Shown in pieces: positions 62,030-64,000 of a stretch of 64,000 nucleotides of DNA; positions within the stretch are counted from its first letter, which is position 1, and each line of letters starts with the position of its first letter. The translations under genes and the position numbers were made by a program. Where the stretch lies: positions 814,870 to 878,869 of the forward strand of contig MU058103.1 of assembly GCA_013265495.1 (NCBI GenBank), read 5' to 3'. Below the pieces are notes generated by a model that was not told where the DNA came from, did no database searches, and saw only the letters and a list, made by a program, of their open reading frames with translations. The stretch is from Vicugna vicugna (lineage: Eukaryota).

Positions 62030-62192
62030 CAGGGCTTGTCAAATTCCATATATGCAGGAATTACTTGAGGATTTGGTTAAAATACAGATTCTGATTCTGT
62101 AGGTCTGGGATAGAACTTGAGATTTTGCTTTTTTAATAAGATCCCAGGAGATGCTAATGCCATTCTTCCATGACCACAGTTCCATCAGCAAG
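62030..62192. mobile_element. MER5A1 (hAT-Charlie)
   Basis: cagggcttgtcaaatt...gttaaaatacagattctgattctgtaggtctgggatagaacttgagattttgc...cccaggagatgctaatgc...cagcaag; 8-bp flanks atttagat / atttatac. Confidence 0.85.
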
Positions 62193-62809
62193 ATTTATAC
62201 TGCTTGAATTTTTCTTCTTTTGTGTTGTGTTAAGTATCTCCAGCTTCCAGTCAATCTCTTCCTGCTTTGCTTTTATAGCAAACAAAGAATAGCTGTTTTC
62301 ATAGTCATAGCTGCGGCGATATTGGACCCTTTCCTAACACAGGGAGTGCTTATTATTTGGAAGAATAATTGAACAGAAGCAAAAATCTATATAAACAACT
62401 ACACTAATATTAGTGAGCATTCTTATATTGCTTTGGAGTTTACAGCATGTTATCTAGAGTATTATCTCAGTTGATTCAGCTGTTGCACAGGTATTCTTTG
62501 AGAGTCTGCTATGTCCAAGGCAATGAGGGGACAAAAAGACTAAGGTAGAACTTTGTGATGCTCACAGATTAGCAGGAAAGAAAGGCAGGAAAGTCGGCGA
62601 CAACAGGATCATGTAATAAGATCTACAGTGGGAGTGTGTTCAGAATCGTATAGGGACATAGAGGAGGGCATTCCTGTCTTCAGAGGTCAGGAAAGGGTAA
62701 AGGAAGGCTTCCCAAAGGATGTTATATCTTCACCACCTTAGACATCATTATTATCACTGCCATTGTCTCTCAAGCACCACCACCATCATCATTATAGCAT
62801 TTATAATCA

Positions 62810-63055
62810 ATTAGCATTTATCACAAACTCGCTGCTTACCAGATACCATGCAAGTTATATCATATGCATTACCTGAAACAATCCCCATAACCTCCTCATC
62901 ATTTGGGTACTATTATTACCCCATTTTATGGATCAGGGAATGGTGCTTAGAGAGGTGAGATAGCTTGCTTAGTATGAAATAGCAGGGCCTGAATTCAAAC
63001 CAGAGCACCCCCACCCCCAGGCTCATAATCTTAACCATTATTGCCACTACTACCT
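62810..63055 (-). mobile_element. MIR SINE
   Basis: gggtactattattaccccattttatggatcagggaatggtgcttagagaggtgagatagcttgc...gaattcaaaccagag...tcttaaccatta. Confidence 0.8.
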
Positions 63056-63481
63056 CAGTTCACTTTTTTTAAGATAAACGATCGCAACCATCTTTACAGG
63101 TAAGGAAGATAAGTTAATTTTTTAATTTAATGTTGAGGACTCTGAGGTTCATATAAAATATTTTCCCAAATAACAGGGTAAAAGGTGAGGACCAGGCTCA
63201 ACTGAAGATTTCTAACTCCAGGTTCCACGTTTTTCTACTACATTTTGCAGATCCTGAGATCGAGGTGGGGTAGGGCAATTATGCGTCCATACATACCTAC
63301 ATTCACACCATACATCTGCACATCATGGGAGCAACTCTCTTCACATCCCAGACTGCAGGTCTGTCTATATTCTGCTTTGTTTTCAAAGCCCTTGTATTTG
63401 TAACACAATCTGATTTTTCCTTTGATTCTATTTTCAATTTGAATTTTATTTTATTTTGCCTGCTTTTCTTGATTCCTGGAA

Positions 63482-63590
63482 ATATATATATATATATATA
63501 TATACTTATATATTTATAATATATATATATATTTTATATATTTATAATATATATATTTATATATTTATAATATATATATTATAAACTATA
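63482..63590. repeat. AT-rich (TA)n-based compound repeat
   Basis: (TA)n followed by three copies of ttatatatttataa(ta)n; almost no G/C. Confidence 0.93.
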
Positions 63591-63739
63591 GAGATTTTAG
63601 TCACCCTTTGAAGAAGTCCTACTGTGTAATGATCTTTCATTCACCTTCTGGAGGCTGGGGAAGGAGCTCTGAAAAATATTATTGGCTGGGAAGGGATATT
63701 TGTCTTTAGCTCAGATAAGCATTGTTGTCTGTATCTCTT

Positions 63740-63878
63740 AGTTCTTTTTCCTTCCTTCCCTCACTCCTTCCTTCTGCTGGTTCTCTTTCTCTTCCCTTTT
63801 ACATTTAATCCTCACTCTTATGTCCTTGCCTCCTTGACTTCTTCCCTCCCCTTTCCCTACTCCCTCTCTATCTTTCTT
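63740..63878. repeat. CT-rich polypyrimidine low-complexity tract
   Basis: ttctttttccttccttccctcactccttcccttc...cttccctcccctttccctactccctctctatctttc. Confidence 0.75.
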
Positions 63879-64000
63879 GAGTTGAAGAGGTGAACAATGA
63901 GTTCCCATTTAAAATTTTGTGGTGAATTTTCTGCATTTATAATTGCAACGTGAGCCCAAGGAATCATGTGAAGAACTGGACTGTGCAGTCAAAAAGAACC

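Noticed and set aside
1..64000. CRISPR array, operon or novel multi-gene system
   Set aside because: The sequence is eukaryotic repeat-rich non-coding DNA with no repeat-spacer periodicity, no long ORFs and no gene cluster.

Overview
AT-rich, CpG-depleted mammalian genomic DNA, most likely camelid (alpaca/llama/camel), based on two tRNA-Ala-derived Vic-1-type SINEs and a cetartiodactyl-type L1 3' end. I see no protein-coding exon, genuine RNA gene or CpG island. The only ORFs with recognisable homology are decayed L1 ORF1/ORF2 pieces; the rest look like noise or low-complexity artefacts. The window is intergenic or deep-intronic and dense in interspersed repeats: L1 of several ages, L2, L3/CR1, MIR, MaLR (MLT1) LTRs, five ERV1-class solo LTRs (two with perfect 4-bp target-site duplications), DNA transposon fossils (MER82, MER63A, MER33, MER58B, MER5A, MER53) and microsatellites. 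The most notable observations are nested insertions, a palindromic MER53 (miR-1302-type hairpin source), a perfect p53 half-site pair made by a local duplication, and several short unique stretches with retained CpGs or transcription-factor motif clusters (PBX-MEIS, ETS, E-box/CRE/CCAAT) that may be cis-regulatory. I found no support for a new multi-gene system. Repeat family names come from my recall of consensus sequences, not a database search. Boundaries of old repeats are approximate (tens of bp).
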